From Burkholderiales bacterium (GTDB lineage: Bacteria; Pseudomonadota; Gammaproteobacteria; Burkholderiales; SG8-41): 50,166 nt of DNA. Within the stretch, counting starts at the first letter, position 1; each line of letters opens with the position of its first letter. The stretch is from the NCBI GenBank assembly GCA_046596405.1, contig JBKJMN010000094.1, forward strand, positions 1-50,166, written 5' to 3'. Below, piece by piece: positions 48,114-50,166 of the stretch. The position numbers were made by a program, and so were the translations under genes. Below the pieces are notes generated by a model. The model was not told where the DNA came from, searched no databases, and saw nothing but the letters and a program-made list of their open reading frames with translations.

Positions 48114-50166
<2,053 letters not shown>

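Overview
A GC-rich betaproteobacterial chromosome segment (gene order resembles Burkholderiales/Nitrosomonadales/Rhodocyclales; exact taxon not determinable here), mostly core housekeeping genes. In order: 5' part of acs; SRP RNA (ffs); a PagL-type outer-membrane hydrolase; dnaX-ybaB-recR-rluB; dapC-dapD-hypothetical-PilU-like ATPase-prmB (minus strand); DMT transporter; queF; smc-zipA-ligA-galU-hpt-MTI phosphorylase-def; map-glnD (minus strand); rpsB-tsf-pyrH-frr-uppS-cdsA-dxr-rseP-bamA-skp-lpxD-fabZ-lpxA-lpxB-rnhB; TrmH-family methyltransferase; ppsR/ppsA; pyrG-kdsA-eno (eno truncated). I found no tRNA, rRNA, CRISPR array, integrase or transposase. The main accessory element is a divergent senB/senA pair (selenosugar synthase and EgtB-like selenoneine synthase) between rnhB and the TrmH gene. 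It has no senC/selD or egtD in the window, overlapping face-to-face promoter motifs, and ATGA coupling of senA to the RNA methyltransferase. Other signals: an A9 slippery run with an immediate -1 stop in dnaX (tau/gamma recoding), inward-facing 7-bp tandem arrays between def and glnD, a 57-bp duplication at the rluB 5' end, and an uncharacterised protein paired with a PilU paralogue where dapE usually lies. All calls come from motif recognition by eye; no database searches were run.
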